DNA from: an uncultured Fluviicola sp.
GTDB taxonomy: Bacteria; Bacteroidota; Bacteroidia; Flavobacteriales_D; Crocinitomicaceae
Length of the DNA stretch: 58,336 bases
Direction: 5' to 3'
NCBI GenBank assembly: GCA_964346075.1
Contig: CAYFTH010000001.1
Coordinates: forward strand, 1-58,336
The notes below the pieces were generated by a model, which was not told the DNA's origin, searched no databases, and saw nothing but the letters and a program-made list of their open reading frames with translations. Made by a program: the position numbers and the translations under genes. Positions 29,072 through 37,845 of this stretch are shown here, piece after piece. Within the stretch, counting starts at the first letter, position 1; each line of letters begins with the position of its first letter.

Positions 29072-29832
29072 ACGGTATTTTAGGAAATATGCCCCCGGTT
29101 GTCAAGAACTTGTTATTACTTAATGTAATCATGTTCATTGTTTCCTGGCTTGGTCAAGCGCAAGGCATTCCAATGATTCAATTACTCGGAGGTTATGTCT
29201 TTAACTCGCCATTTTTTGAGCCTTACCAATTAGTGACCCATTTTTTCATGCACGCGGGACTTTTCCACATATTCTTTAACATGTTTGCATTGGTTATTTT
29301 TGGGTCAGCCCTCGAACAGGTCTGGGGCCCTAAGCGTTTCTTCATTTTTTATGTAGCCACAGCGGTAGGTGCTTTTTTACTGCATCAAATCATCGGTTAC
29401 ATCGAAGTCAAAAATATTGAGGAACAGCTGTATGCCGCTGGCTACAATGATCTTTACAAATTGCAAGATCAAATTAGTGCACTTAGGAATGGTCAAATCA
29501 GTTCTTTTACACCTCCTGTTCCTGGAACGAATCACTTGATTGAACAGTATATGGCAGGCATATCTATTCCAGTAGTGGGGGCTTCCGGAGCCGTTTACGG
29601 AGTATTAGTAGGTTTTGGTTACCTGTTCCCGAATACGCAATTGATGCTATTATTTCCTCCCATTCCTATTAAAGCAAAATGGCTGGTCATTATCATGGTA
29701 GGAATCGCTCTATTTAACTCGATTCAACGGAATCCGGGTGACAATATCGCCCATTTGGCACACCTTGGCGGTGCGATCGTAGGATTTATCCTCGTTTTCA
29801 TATGGCAAAAGAATAAACGAAAATTTTATTAA
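29068..29832 (+). CDS. Rhomboid family intramembrane serine protease
   Basis: HIFFNM, GASG, AHLGG. Confidence 0.93.
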   Translation: MNGILGNMPPVVKNLLLLNVIMFIVSWLGQAQGIPMIQLLGGYVFNSPFFEPYQLVTHFFMHAGLFHIFFNMFALVIFGSALEQVWGPKRFFIFYVATAVGAFLLHQIIGYIEVKNIEEQLYAAGYNDLYKLQDQISALRNGQISSFTPPVPGTNHLIEQYMAGISIPVVGASGAVYGVLVGFGYLFPNTQLMLLFPPIPIKAKWLVIIMVGIALFNSIQRNPGDNIAHLAHLGGAIVGFILVFIWQKNKRKFY

Positions 29833-29833
29833 A

Positions 29834-30757
29834 ATGAATCGCAGCTTTTCTGATGAAATCAAATACCAATGGAAATATGGTGGGATGCACATCAAACTCA
29901 TTGGTGTCAATCTAGCGGTATTTTTATTGATAGGCCTAATGATCGTCATTGGCCGTCTATCTGTGAGTAGCGACATTAACCCCGTTCTGCCCATTCTGCA
30001 TGATATCTTTACACTACAAGGAAGCTGGCAAGGGTTCCTAAGTCATCCCTGGGGGTTGGTCACCAGCATTTTTGCGCACTTTGAGCTATTTCACTTCTTT
30101 TTTAATATGCTCTTTTTGTATTTTATCTCTCGCTTTTTTCTCATGTATTTCTCCAATCAGCGTATGCTATACACCTACATTCTTGGGGGTATTATGGGTG
30201 GGCTTTTTCAAATAATTGCGTACGCCGTTTTCCCTGCACTACAAGGAGCAGAGATTTTTGTAGTTGGCGCCTCTGGATCAGTAATGGCTATTTTTATGGC
30301 GGCCGCATTTCATCGTCCCATGGCAGAGGTTTATTTATTCGGTGTTATTAAACTTAAAATGATCTTTATTGCTGGTATCTTTATTCTCATGGATCTATTG
30401 CGCATGGGATCAACAGATAACGTAGCTCATTTTGCCCACTTGGGCGGTATTGCCTTTGGAATACTCTCCATTCAGAATATCAACTCTAAAAATAACATTG
30501 TCAATTGGACGCAACGTACCGTTGAAAACATTAAGAAAAGCGTTCGAGGAGAACCAAAAATGCGCGTACATAAAGGAGGGAAGAAAACAGGGAAGAAAAA
30601 ATATAATACGCGTTCAGACGAGGCCTATCGTGCCCACAAAAAAGCAACTCAGGAAGAAATCGATGCCATCTTAGATAAGATTTCAAAATCAGGTTACGAC
30701 AGCCTTACAAAAAAAGAGAAACAGCAATTGTTTGATCAAAGTAAACGCAATGGCTGA
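29834..30757 (+). CDS. Rhomboid family protease with C-terminal soluble (DUF6576-like) tail
   Basis: HFFFNM, GASG, AHLGG; 'IDAILDKISKSGYDSLT..EK' tail. Confidence 0.92.
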   Translation: MNRSFSDEIKYQWKYGGMHIKLIGVNLAVFLLIGLMIVIGRLSVSSDINPVLPILHDIFTLQGSWQGFLSHPWGLVTSIFAHFELFHFFFNMLFLYFISRFFLMYFSNQRMLYTYILGGIMGGLFQIIAYAVFPALQGAEIFVVGASGSVMAIFMAAAFHRPMAEVYLFGVIKLKMIFIAGIFILMDLLRMGSTDNVAHFAHLGGIAFGILSIQNINSKNNIVNWTQRTVENIKKSVRGEPKMRVHKGGKKTGKKKYNTRSDEAYRAHKKATQEEIDAILDKISKSGYDSLTKKEKQQLFDQSKRNG

Positions 30758-31865
30758 ACCTGGGAAATCGTTATTGCGCATTTTACGGATCGCAATAGTT
30801 ATTATTACGATAGCTGTGTTGGCAGCGCTCGGCCTGAGTTATTTGAGTGCTTACGTTTCTCCAGCAACTGTTTGGTGGTTCCAGTTATTCGGTCTGGCCT
30901 ACCCCATTCTAGCTATAGGTAGTATTATTGGTATTATTGTCCTTTATTTTATACGTAAAAAATGGATGGTTGCCGGCCTTATCATCTTACTCATCGGAAC
31001 ACCCGTCCACATCCGTTATATCGGCGGAAACTGGTGGAACTCCGGTAGCTCAACACCTAAAAAAACAATTGCAGTGGCATCATTTAATGTTCGTTTATTT
31101 GATATCTATAAATGGTTGCACCCTGAGCTCGATAAAAGTGAAATGTTATTTCATCAATATATTAAAAAACTCGATGCAGACATCTTGTGCTTTCAAGAAT
31201 ACGCTTCGGATGAGAGAAAAACAAATCATATGCATCCAGGGAGTATCCTGTCAGCAGGTAGTTTTAAAAGCTACTCAGAAGAACTCACTGCACAGACCAA
31301 AAATATTGATTTTGGGTTGGCCATTTATACCAAAGGAAAAATTGTACAAAATGGGCTCATCAATGATGAAAATAAACTGTATAGCCTGTTTGCCGACATT
31401 GCGCTGCATGGAGACACCGTACGCGTCTATAACACCCACCTTCAGAGTATCCGCTTTCAACAAGATGAATACTCACTTTTTGATGGTAAAGCATTGAGTA
31501 AAAAAAGTTTTTTTGATCGTGTGAGCGGTGTTTTAAGAAAATTAAAGCGCGCCTATCCAGAACGTATCAAGCAAACTAATGAGTTGATCAAACATGCCGC
31601 TAGTTCAACCTATCCTGTAATTATTTGTGGAGACTTCAACGAACCACCTTCTTCCTACATTTATACGACGTTCAATCGTCAATACAAAGATGCTTTTCGA
31701 TCAGAGGGTAGCGGAACAGGAAGAACGTATGCCGGAAAAATTCCAGCGGGGCGAATTGACTACATATTTGCTGATAAACATTTCGATATTTTTTCATTCG
31801 ACATTCTCAACGATCAACCCTTGAGCGATCACTTCCCTATAATAACTGAACTGCACTTAAAATAA
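30750..31865 (+). CDS. Endonuclease/exonuclease/phosphatase family protein, membrane anchored
   Basis: SFNV, ADILCFQE, NTHLQS, CGDFN, RIDYIF, SDHFP; N-terminal TMs; start moved to MAEP. Confidence 0.92.
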   Translation: MAEPGKSLLRILRIAIVIITIAVLAALGLSYLSAYVSPATVWWFQLFGLAYPILAIGSIIGIIVLYFIRKKWMVAGLIILLIGTPVHIRYIGGNWWNSGSSTPKKTIAVASFNVRLFDIYKWLHPELDKSEMLFHQYIKKLDADILCFQEYASDERKTNHMHPGSILSAGSFKSYSEELTAQTKNIDFGLAIYTKGKIVQNGLINDENKLYSLFADIALHGDTVRVYNTHLQSIRFQQDEYSLFDGKALSKKSFFDRVSGVLRKLKRAYPERIKQTNELIKHAASSTYPVIICGDFNEPPSSYIYTTFNRQYKDAFRSEGSGTGRTYAGKIPAGRIDYIFADKHFDIFSFDILNDQPLSDHFPIITELHLK

Positions 31866-31924
31866 AAGACGTTTAGACGAAAATTGAAAGTGTTATAAGT
31901 AACCAAAGTAATTCCTTTAAACAA

Positions 31925-32866
31925 CTAGAATAACAAATAGATATAAGTGATATAAATCAAAAAGAGAATAACTCCACTAAACCGACCTACTTTTTTGCGT
32001 ATAACAATCATTGGTAATAACAGGATCGCTATACCCAGCATCCATAACAAATCCCAACTCAGTATTCCCTCACCAATTTCAATGGGCTGCACAATACTCG
32101 TCAACCCCAAAACGATCATAATATTGAAAATATTACTACCGATAAGATTTCCTACAGAAATATCAGTCTCTTTTTTGACAGCTGCTACAATACTGGTTGC
32201 GAGTTCTGGAACTGATGTTCCAAAGGCTACTACTGTAATACCTATAACATGTTTAGATAGACCAAACGCTTCTGCTAATCCCGTAGCTCCTGCTACTAAC
32301 CAGTTAGAACCAAAATAAAGCCCTATCAAGCCGAGCAGCAGAAAGCCAAGATGCTTGATCAAGGAGATCTTTTGAGCGCTCTCTTCAACTCCATCCAATT
32401 GAATAGCCCGTTTTTCAGATTTACGTGATTTGCGAATAATAAAAACAATGAACACTACTAATAGTGAAAAGAGGACTATTCCCTCCCAGCGGTCTATGGA
32501 TAAATTCAAAGCAAAAAAGTAAAAGAGCAAAGAAGCGAACATCATCATTGGCCAATCAAATCGAATGGTGTTACGTGCAACAGGGACGGGAAAAATCAGG
32601 ACGGTCACCCCTAAAACCAACGCTATATTAGCAATATTTGATCCAATAACATTGCCGATAGCAATTTCGGGCAGCCCTTGACTCGCCGAATTAAGTGATA
32701 CGAGCAGCTCTGGTGCCGATGTACCAAAAGAAACGACCGTCATTCCAATTACCAACCTTGAAAGCTTTGCCTTTGCAGCTATACCAACAGCACCTTTCAC
32801 CAAAAAATCACCGCCGCCTATGAGTGCTATAAAACCGATAACAACCCAAAGAATATCAATCGTCAT
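31925..32866 (-). CDS. Calcium/sodium antiporter (YrbG family)
   Basis: Two alpha repeats: GTSAPE...GNVIGSNIAN and GTSVPE...GNLIGSNIFN. Confidence 0.95.
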   Translation of the reverse strand: MTIDILWVVIGFIALIGGGDFLVKGAVGIAAKAKLSRLVIGMTVVSFGTSAPELLVSLNSASQGLPEIAIGNVIGSNIANIALVLGVTVLIFPVPVARNTIRFDWPMMMFASLLFYFFALNLSIDRWEGIVLFSLLVVFIVFIIRKSRKSEKRAIQLDGVEESAQKISLIKHLGFLLLGLIGLYFGSNWLVAGATGLAEAFGLSKHVIGITVVAFGTSVPELATSIVAAVKKETDISVGNLIGSNIFNIMIVLGLTSIVQPIEIGEGILSWDLLWMLGIAILLLPMIVIRKKVGRFSGVILFLIYITYIYLLF

Positions 32867-33251
32867 GCGGTTTATTTTTAGTAGTTTCTTCTTTTATAAC
32901 ACGATTTTTTTCATGCTGCCCCTTTTTTTCTGGTGAACTTGAAGGATGATGCCCTGAATCCTTAATGGATTTTTTCATTTCCTCAGCGGAACGCGATATA
33001 TTTTCAAAAGGTTTTTCAACGTTTTTCTTTGCATCGTGAAGCGTGCGGTTAATATTCATGTCGCGTTTCATATCGCGACTTGATCGGGATATCTCATCCT
33101 GAATATCCTGACCAGCATCTTTAATTTGGCGAATTCCCCGACCCAGTGATCGCGACATTCCAGGAATGCTCTTAGCACCAAAAAAAATGAGCACAAATAG
33201 TAAAATAATGACTATTTCCGATCCCGCTATACTATTTAGAAACAAAATCAT
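32856..33251 (-). CDS. tatA: Twin-arginine translocase TatA/TatE family subunit
   Basis: 'GSEIVIILLFVLIFFGAKSIPGMSRSLGRGIRQIK'. Confidence 0.85.
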   Translation of the reverse strand: MILFLNSIAGSEIVIILLFVLIFFGAKSIPGMSRSLGRGIRQIKDAGQDIQDEISRSSRDMKRDMNINRTLHDAKKNVEKPFENISRSAEEMKKSIKDSGHHPSSSPEKKGQHEKNRVIKEETTKNKPHDD

Positions 33252-33359
33252 CGGCGCAAAGGTACGAGAAATTGATTAAAGATAAATTCCATGACTCATG
33301 AAATATTTTGCGGAATCCACAGTGCTGTAAATCTTCGTCTATTCAATAATAGCTTAACG

Positions 33360-34439
33360 CTAAAAAGAAATACCAATGGAATAATGTACTTTTTCGCTAC
33401 CTTTTTTAAAACGCGGCAATGATTCAATCGCTTCGTCCAGTGCTTCTTGATGCGTAGGGTGAAGCTCGCCGCGAATTTCGGAATTCTTGACTTTTCCCCA
33501 ACGATTGATGGTAAGTTCAACGAGCACAGATCGATCATATTTGTCGGTTGAGCGATCAATTTCTATCGGTTGGAGTTGTCCGATAAAGTAGTTTTTCAAG
33601 GCGCGATCTCCACCGGGGTATTTGGGCATATCCTTCACTGAAAACTGACGGCTTTTCGTCGTAGTTTGCGTACCCAAAGGATTGCGATCATTATCTCTTT
33701 GCTTTGTTTTTAGTGCCTTGGGATTAACCTTAGATAAAATCTGAACTTGATTTACAGTTAGCAATATGGTCGATTTCTTATTTTTCGCTGTATTTAAAAC
33801 TTCATTCTTTGATTCCTTATCAATATCATTGGATTCCGACATGGCATCAACCTTTTCCTCTTTATCGGGTAAAGGAGGAACTTGTGATTCCGGAACATCT
33901 ACGCGTACTTCAGTTACTTCTCCTAACTCCTTTTCTTCTACCGACAGTTCCTTTGAATTAAGACTAGTGGTATCTATAGTTGCTACATTCTTGTTTTTAA
34001 CTTCGGCTGAGGGCTTCTCTTTCGCTTGTTCATCAGAGGCAAGGTTCCATGTCATTTTCGTAGGCTCTGGTTTATTCGATGGTTCCAATCCTAACAAAAC
34101 CTTTTCATATCGCTGCTCTGGTTGAATCGAAGCATTCCAAAAATAAAAAGCAGTCAAAATCATCACAGCCGACAAACCGAGCCACCCGCTAAATTTTAAC
34201 CAAAAAGGAGTCTGATTTAGATAAGATGACAACTTTGCTTTCTTGATTCGAGCGCTCATTTTTTCAATAGCTGGAATTTGGTCTTCCTCGATGTCATCAA
34301 TAACAGCAGCCACCATAGGGTTTTTCTCCATCACACCAGCCACATAAGCCCGCTCACGGTTAGAAAGCGTACCGCGCTTAAATTCCATCAACTGACGTAT
34401 GGTCGGCAAATCACTATATTTCATTGATTGAGTTGACAT
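33360..34439 (-). CDS. Putative anti-sigma factor with TM helix, long linker and TonB C-terminal domain
   Basis: Overlaps the ECF sigma gene; one TM near aa 80-100; charged low-complexity linker; 'MPKYPGG..AL..YF...VELTINRWGKV...ISF' TonB_C pattern. Confidence 0.7.
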   Translation of the reverse strand: MSTQSMKYSDLPTIRQLMEFKRGTLSNRERAYVAGVMEKNPMVAAVIDDIEEDQIPAIEKMSARIKKAKLSSYLNQTPFWLKFSGWLGLSAVMILTAFYFWNASIQPEQRYEKVLLGLEPSNKPEPTKMTWNLASDEQAKEKPSAEVKNKNVATIDTTSLNSKELSVEEKELGEVTEVRVDVPESQVPPLPDKEEKVDAMSESNDIDKESKNEVLNTAKNKKSTILLTVNQVQILSKVNPKALKTKQRDNDRNPLGTQTTTKSRQFSVKDMPKYPGGDRALKNYFIGQLQPIEIDRSTDKYDRSVLVELTINRWGKVKNSEIRGELHPTHQEALDEAIESLPRFKKGSEKVHYSIGISF

Positions 34440-35013
34440 TGCGTTTATCTAATTCAATTTTTAATTTCCGTTTTCCGTTTTGGATATGACTTTTCACTTT
34501 TTTTTCTGATAAATTCTCCTTTTCTGCTATAGTCCTGTAAGACAACCCCTCCAAATAAAATAGCCGAACGCAAACCTGTTGTTCAGGTTTGAGGTTTTGA
34601 ATGATATCATCAACCAAGTTTTCAATTTGTTGATCTCCACCATTGAGTAGCTGCTCCATTTGTTGATCCTCACTACCCAAGTCAAATGCATTATCCACTT
34701 GCACATTATTAAAATACTTTTGACGACGACGTTTGATTTTCAACAAATAATTTCGAACCACACTGTAGTACCATCCTCCAAAATTTTCGACCTCTGTATC
34801 TTTAAGATCTATCATTAAGCGTTCAAAACAATCCATCGCTGCATCTTCAGCTGTCGTTTTATCCTTGAGGTAACTCATTGCTAAAGACACTGTTAATTCA
34901 GTGTAACGCTCGTACAACATGGCCACGTATCGCCCCTCACCTGTAGCCCGATATTTCGCAGCCAGCGCCTCGTCAGATAATTTTCGATATTTTTTTAATA
35001 TGTTGAGAAACAC
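34414..35013 (-). CDS. ECF-type RNA polymerase sigma factor
   Basis: 'LYERY', 'AEDAAMDCF', 'FGGWYYSVVRNY', region 4 'LFYLEGLSYRTIA...VKSHIQNGKRKL'; GTG start. Confidence 0.92.
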   Translation of the reverse strand: MFLNILKKYRKLSDEALAAKYRATGEGRYVAMLYERYTELTVSLAMSYLKDKTTAEDAAMDCFERLMIDLKDTEVENFGGWYYSVVRNYLLKIKRRRQKYFNNVQVDNAFDLGSEDQQMEQLLNGGDQQIENLVDDIIQNLKPEQQVCVRLFYLEGLSYRTIAEKENLSEKKVKSHIQNGKRKLKIELDKRNVNSINEI

Positions 35014-35425
35014 CTAAATTCGTTCATTCATTATCCTTCTAAATTTACACTTTTTTTATTACAGGGTAAGATGAAATCAAATTTCCATACAATTTCATAG
35101 TTTTTTTTGTTGTATCACGCAAATCTAGTCTTGCACCGCTCCCTATTGAAACGGATTTATTTTTAAATAATTCAATCAATAACACCTGTTTTTGTACACT
35201 AAGCTTAGATCCCATTAATTTGTTTGAACTCACTCTGAATCTCACACAAAAACAATCTCAATTGGTTTGAACGTCTAAAACTTCACTTTATTTATGCTCC
35301 AAAAGAACTGTTCAATTGTCAATTATCCACAATTGTTAAGAAATATTATGCATACATTAGAAATTGTAGCGGGATTTAAAAAAATCTTTTTTTATTTTTG
35401 TGGAAGACCATAAAAAATAAATAGA

Positions 35426-36166
35426 ATGAAAATACTAGTTTGTATTAGTAAAGCACCAGATACGACAACTAAAATAGCTTTCACAGATGGAGACACCAAA
35501 TTTGACGAAGAAGGTGTTAAGTATATTGTGAATCCATACGATGAGTGGTATGCGCTCGTTCGCGGTCTGGAATTAAAAGAAGCTCACGGAGGCTCAGTAA
35601 CAACTGTAACGGTTGGCACCTCGGAAGATGAGGCCACAATTCGAAAGGCATTGGCCATTGGAGCAGATGACGCTGTGCGCATTGATACCAAAGCAGAAGA
35701 TGCTTTTCAAGTAGCCAAAGAAATCGCAACATATGCCAAAGACCAGGATTTTGATTTGGTATTATTAGGTAAAGAAACGATTGATTACAACGGATCTCAG
35801 GTAGGAGGTATGTTAGCCGAACATCTCGATCAACCGTTTATTTCATTAGCGACGCGTTTAGAAGTAGAAGGCTCTACGGCTACTTTGGATAAAGAAATTA
35901 TTGGAGGTGTTCAAACAGTAGCGTCTGAATTACCATTGGTCGTAAGCTGTGCCAAAGGAATGGCTGAGCAACGTATCCCCAATATGCGTGGGATCATGGC
36001 TGCACGATCCAAGCCTTTAAAAGTTGAAGATGCCTCAGGAGCTGATCAATTGACTAAATTCGTTAAGTACGCTCTTCCTGCACCAAAGTCGGAAGTGAAG
36101 CTCATCGATCCTGAAAATATGGATGAACTTGTAGAGCTCCTTCATAACGAAGCAAAAGTGCTGTAA
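35426..36166 (+). CDS. etfB: Electron transfer flavoprotein beta subunit
   Basis: MKILVCI..APDT, NPYDE, ALAIGADDA, GKETID, RIPNMRGIM. Confidence 0.96.
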   Translation: MKILVCISKAPDTTTKIAFTDGDTKFDEEGVKYIVNPYDEWYALVRGLELKEAHGGSVTTVTVGTSEDEATIRKALAIGADDAVRIDTKAEDAFQVAKEIATYAKDQDFDLVLLGKETIDYNGSQVGGMLAEHLDQPFISLATRLEVEGSTATLDKEIIGGVQTVASELPLVVSCAKGMAEQRIPNMRGIMAARSKPLKVEDASGADQLTKFVKYALPAPKSEVKLIDPENMDELVELLHNEAKVL

Positions 36167-36199
36167 CAACATTTATTTATTCAAAAAAACAAGATTCTT

Positions 36200-37141
36200 A
36201 TGTCAGTATTAGTATATATCAATAGTAGCGCCGATAAAATTGCTAAAAATGCTTTTGAAGCCGTTACTTATGGAAAAAAACTGGGAGATGTAACCGTTGT
36301 CACAAACGGTAAAGCAGATGAATCAGCGCTCGCCGAATTAGGGAAATACGGTGCTGATAAAGTTTTGGTTGATCGATCTTTTGAGGGGATTGATGAACAG
36401 CAACTCACGCGTTTAGTTGCTACAGCGACAGAAAAAACGGGTGCGGAAACAATCATTTTTTCCGATGACCTCGTCGGCAAAGCTGTGGCACCCCGTGTTT
36501 CAGTTCGTTTAAATATCGGACTTGTTGCAGGGGCTACAGATGTACCTCAAGAAGACGGTACGGTTCCGCTTAACGTATTCTCTGGTAAAGCCTTTGGTTA
36601 CGTTGAGGTCAATTCAGATCGAAAAATTATTTCGCTACTACCCAATTCATTTCAACCTGAAGAAACGGGTAGCGAGTGTGCTGTAGAAGAGTTCGATGGT
36701 AGCGCTGGAGATTCGCGTGTTACAGTGAAAGAAACCAAAATGCCAGAAGGTGAAATTCCTTTGCCTGAAGCAGAACTCGTTGTATCTGGAGGTCGCGGTC
36801 TTAAAGGACCTGATAATTGGGGAATGGTAGAAGACCTTGCCGAAGAACTAGGAGCAGCAACTGCTTGCTCTCGACCTGTAGCAGATACGGGCTGGAGACC
36901 TCATCACGAACACGTTGGTCAAACGGGGGTGGCCATTCGTCCAAACCTATATATTGCCGCTGGTATTTCCGGTGCCATTCAACACCTCGCAGGTGTCAAT
37001 GGTTCGAAGGTAATCGTAGTGGTAAATACAGATGAAGAAGCACCGTTTTTCAAAGCTGCAGATTACGGAGTGGTAGGTGACGCCTTTGAAGTTTTGCCTC
37101 GACTCACAGAAGCTGTAAAAAAATTCAAAGCTTCTAACTAA
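36200..37141 (+). CDS. etfA: Electron transfer flavoprotein alpha subunit
   Basis: VVSGGRG, SRP, VGQTG, GISGAIQHLAG, ADYGVVGD. Confidence 0.97.
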   Translation: MSVLVYINSSADKIAKNAFEAVTYGKKLGDVTVVTNGKADESALAELGKYGADKVLVDRSFEGIDEQQLTRLVATATEKTGAETIIFSDDLVGKAVAPRVSVRLNIGLVAGATDVPQEDGTVPLNVFSGKAFGYVEVNSDRKIISLLPNSFQPEETGSECAVEEFDGSAGDSRVTVKETKMPEGEIPLPEAELVVSGGRGLKGPDNWGMVEDLAEELGAATACSRPVADTGWRPHHEHVGQTGVAIRPNLYIAAGISGAIQHLAGVNGSKVIVVVNTDEEAPFFKAADYGVVGDAFEVLPRLTEAVKKFKASN

Positions 37142-37177
37142 GATTCAGCGATAAAATATTAATTTTACGAGTAGATA

Positions 37178-37210
37178 AATAGGGAAGCCCATATTGAGCT
37201 TCCCTTATTT
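37178..37210 (+). terminator. Hairpin / probable terminator after etfA
   Basis: AGGGAAGC-N9-GCTTCCCT followed by TATTT. Confidence 0.6.
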
Positions 37211-37248
37211 GTTACTTATAGTTCATTGCTAAGATGCTCGTATAGATT

Positions 37249-37845
37249 ATGGATAAAGTAAAACTGGAAATTATAGGATTATCGTACAGCCAGACACAGT
37301 CTGGAGCATACGCTCTGGTACTGTCAGAATCAGAAGGCGGAAGACGACTTCCTATTATTATCGGCGGATTTGAGGCGCAGGCGATAGCCATTGAATTAGA
37401 AAACATGTCTCCTTCCCGCCCTTTAACCCACGACTTATTTAAAAATTTTGCTAACGCTTTCACCATCAATATCAAGGAAGTACTTATCTACGATCTTGTC
37501 GAGGGTATTTTTTATGCAAAATTAATCTGTGAGCAAAACGGAGAAATACAAGAGGTTGATGCGCGGACATCTGACGCTATTGCACTGGCGGTTCGCTTTA
37601 AATGCCCCATATTCACTTACGAGAATATTATGGATTCTGCAGGCGTTAAACTCGACGAGGATGAAGATATGGACGCTCCAATTGAAGTGGATCCAGAGAA
37701 GGCGCCTTCTGCTGAAAAAGACGAGGACGACCTGTCTTCACTTACCGTGAAAGAGCTCGAATTAAGACTTGATACCGCGGTAGAAAATGAAAACTACGAG
37801 CTCGCCTCAAAAATTAGAGATGAAATTAATCGACGTACATCGTAA
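37249..37845 (+). CDS. Bifunctional nuclease (DUF151) with C-terminal UVR domain
   Basis: LPIIIGGFEAQAI, RPLTHDL, DARTSDAIALA; 'AVENENYELASKIRDEI'. Confidence 0.92.
   Translation: MDKVKLEIIGLSYSQTQSGAYALVLSESEGGRRLPIIIGGFEAQAIAIELENMSPSRPLTHDLFKNFANAFTINIKEVLIYDLVEGIFYAKLICEQNGEIQEVDARTSDAIALAVRFKCPIFTYENIMDSAGVKLDEDEDMDAPIEVDPEKAPSAEKDEDDLSSLTVKELELRLDTAVENENYELASKIRDEINRRTS

Noticed and set aside
30928-31497. 189-aa alternative-frame ORF
   Set aside because: Lies wholly inside the EEP gene, with no recognisable motif or expression signals.
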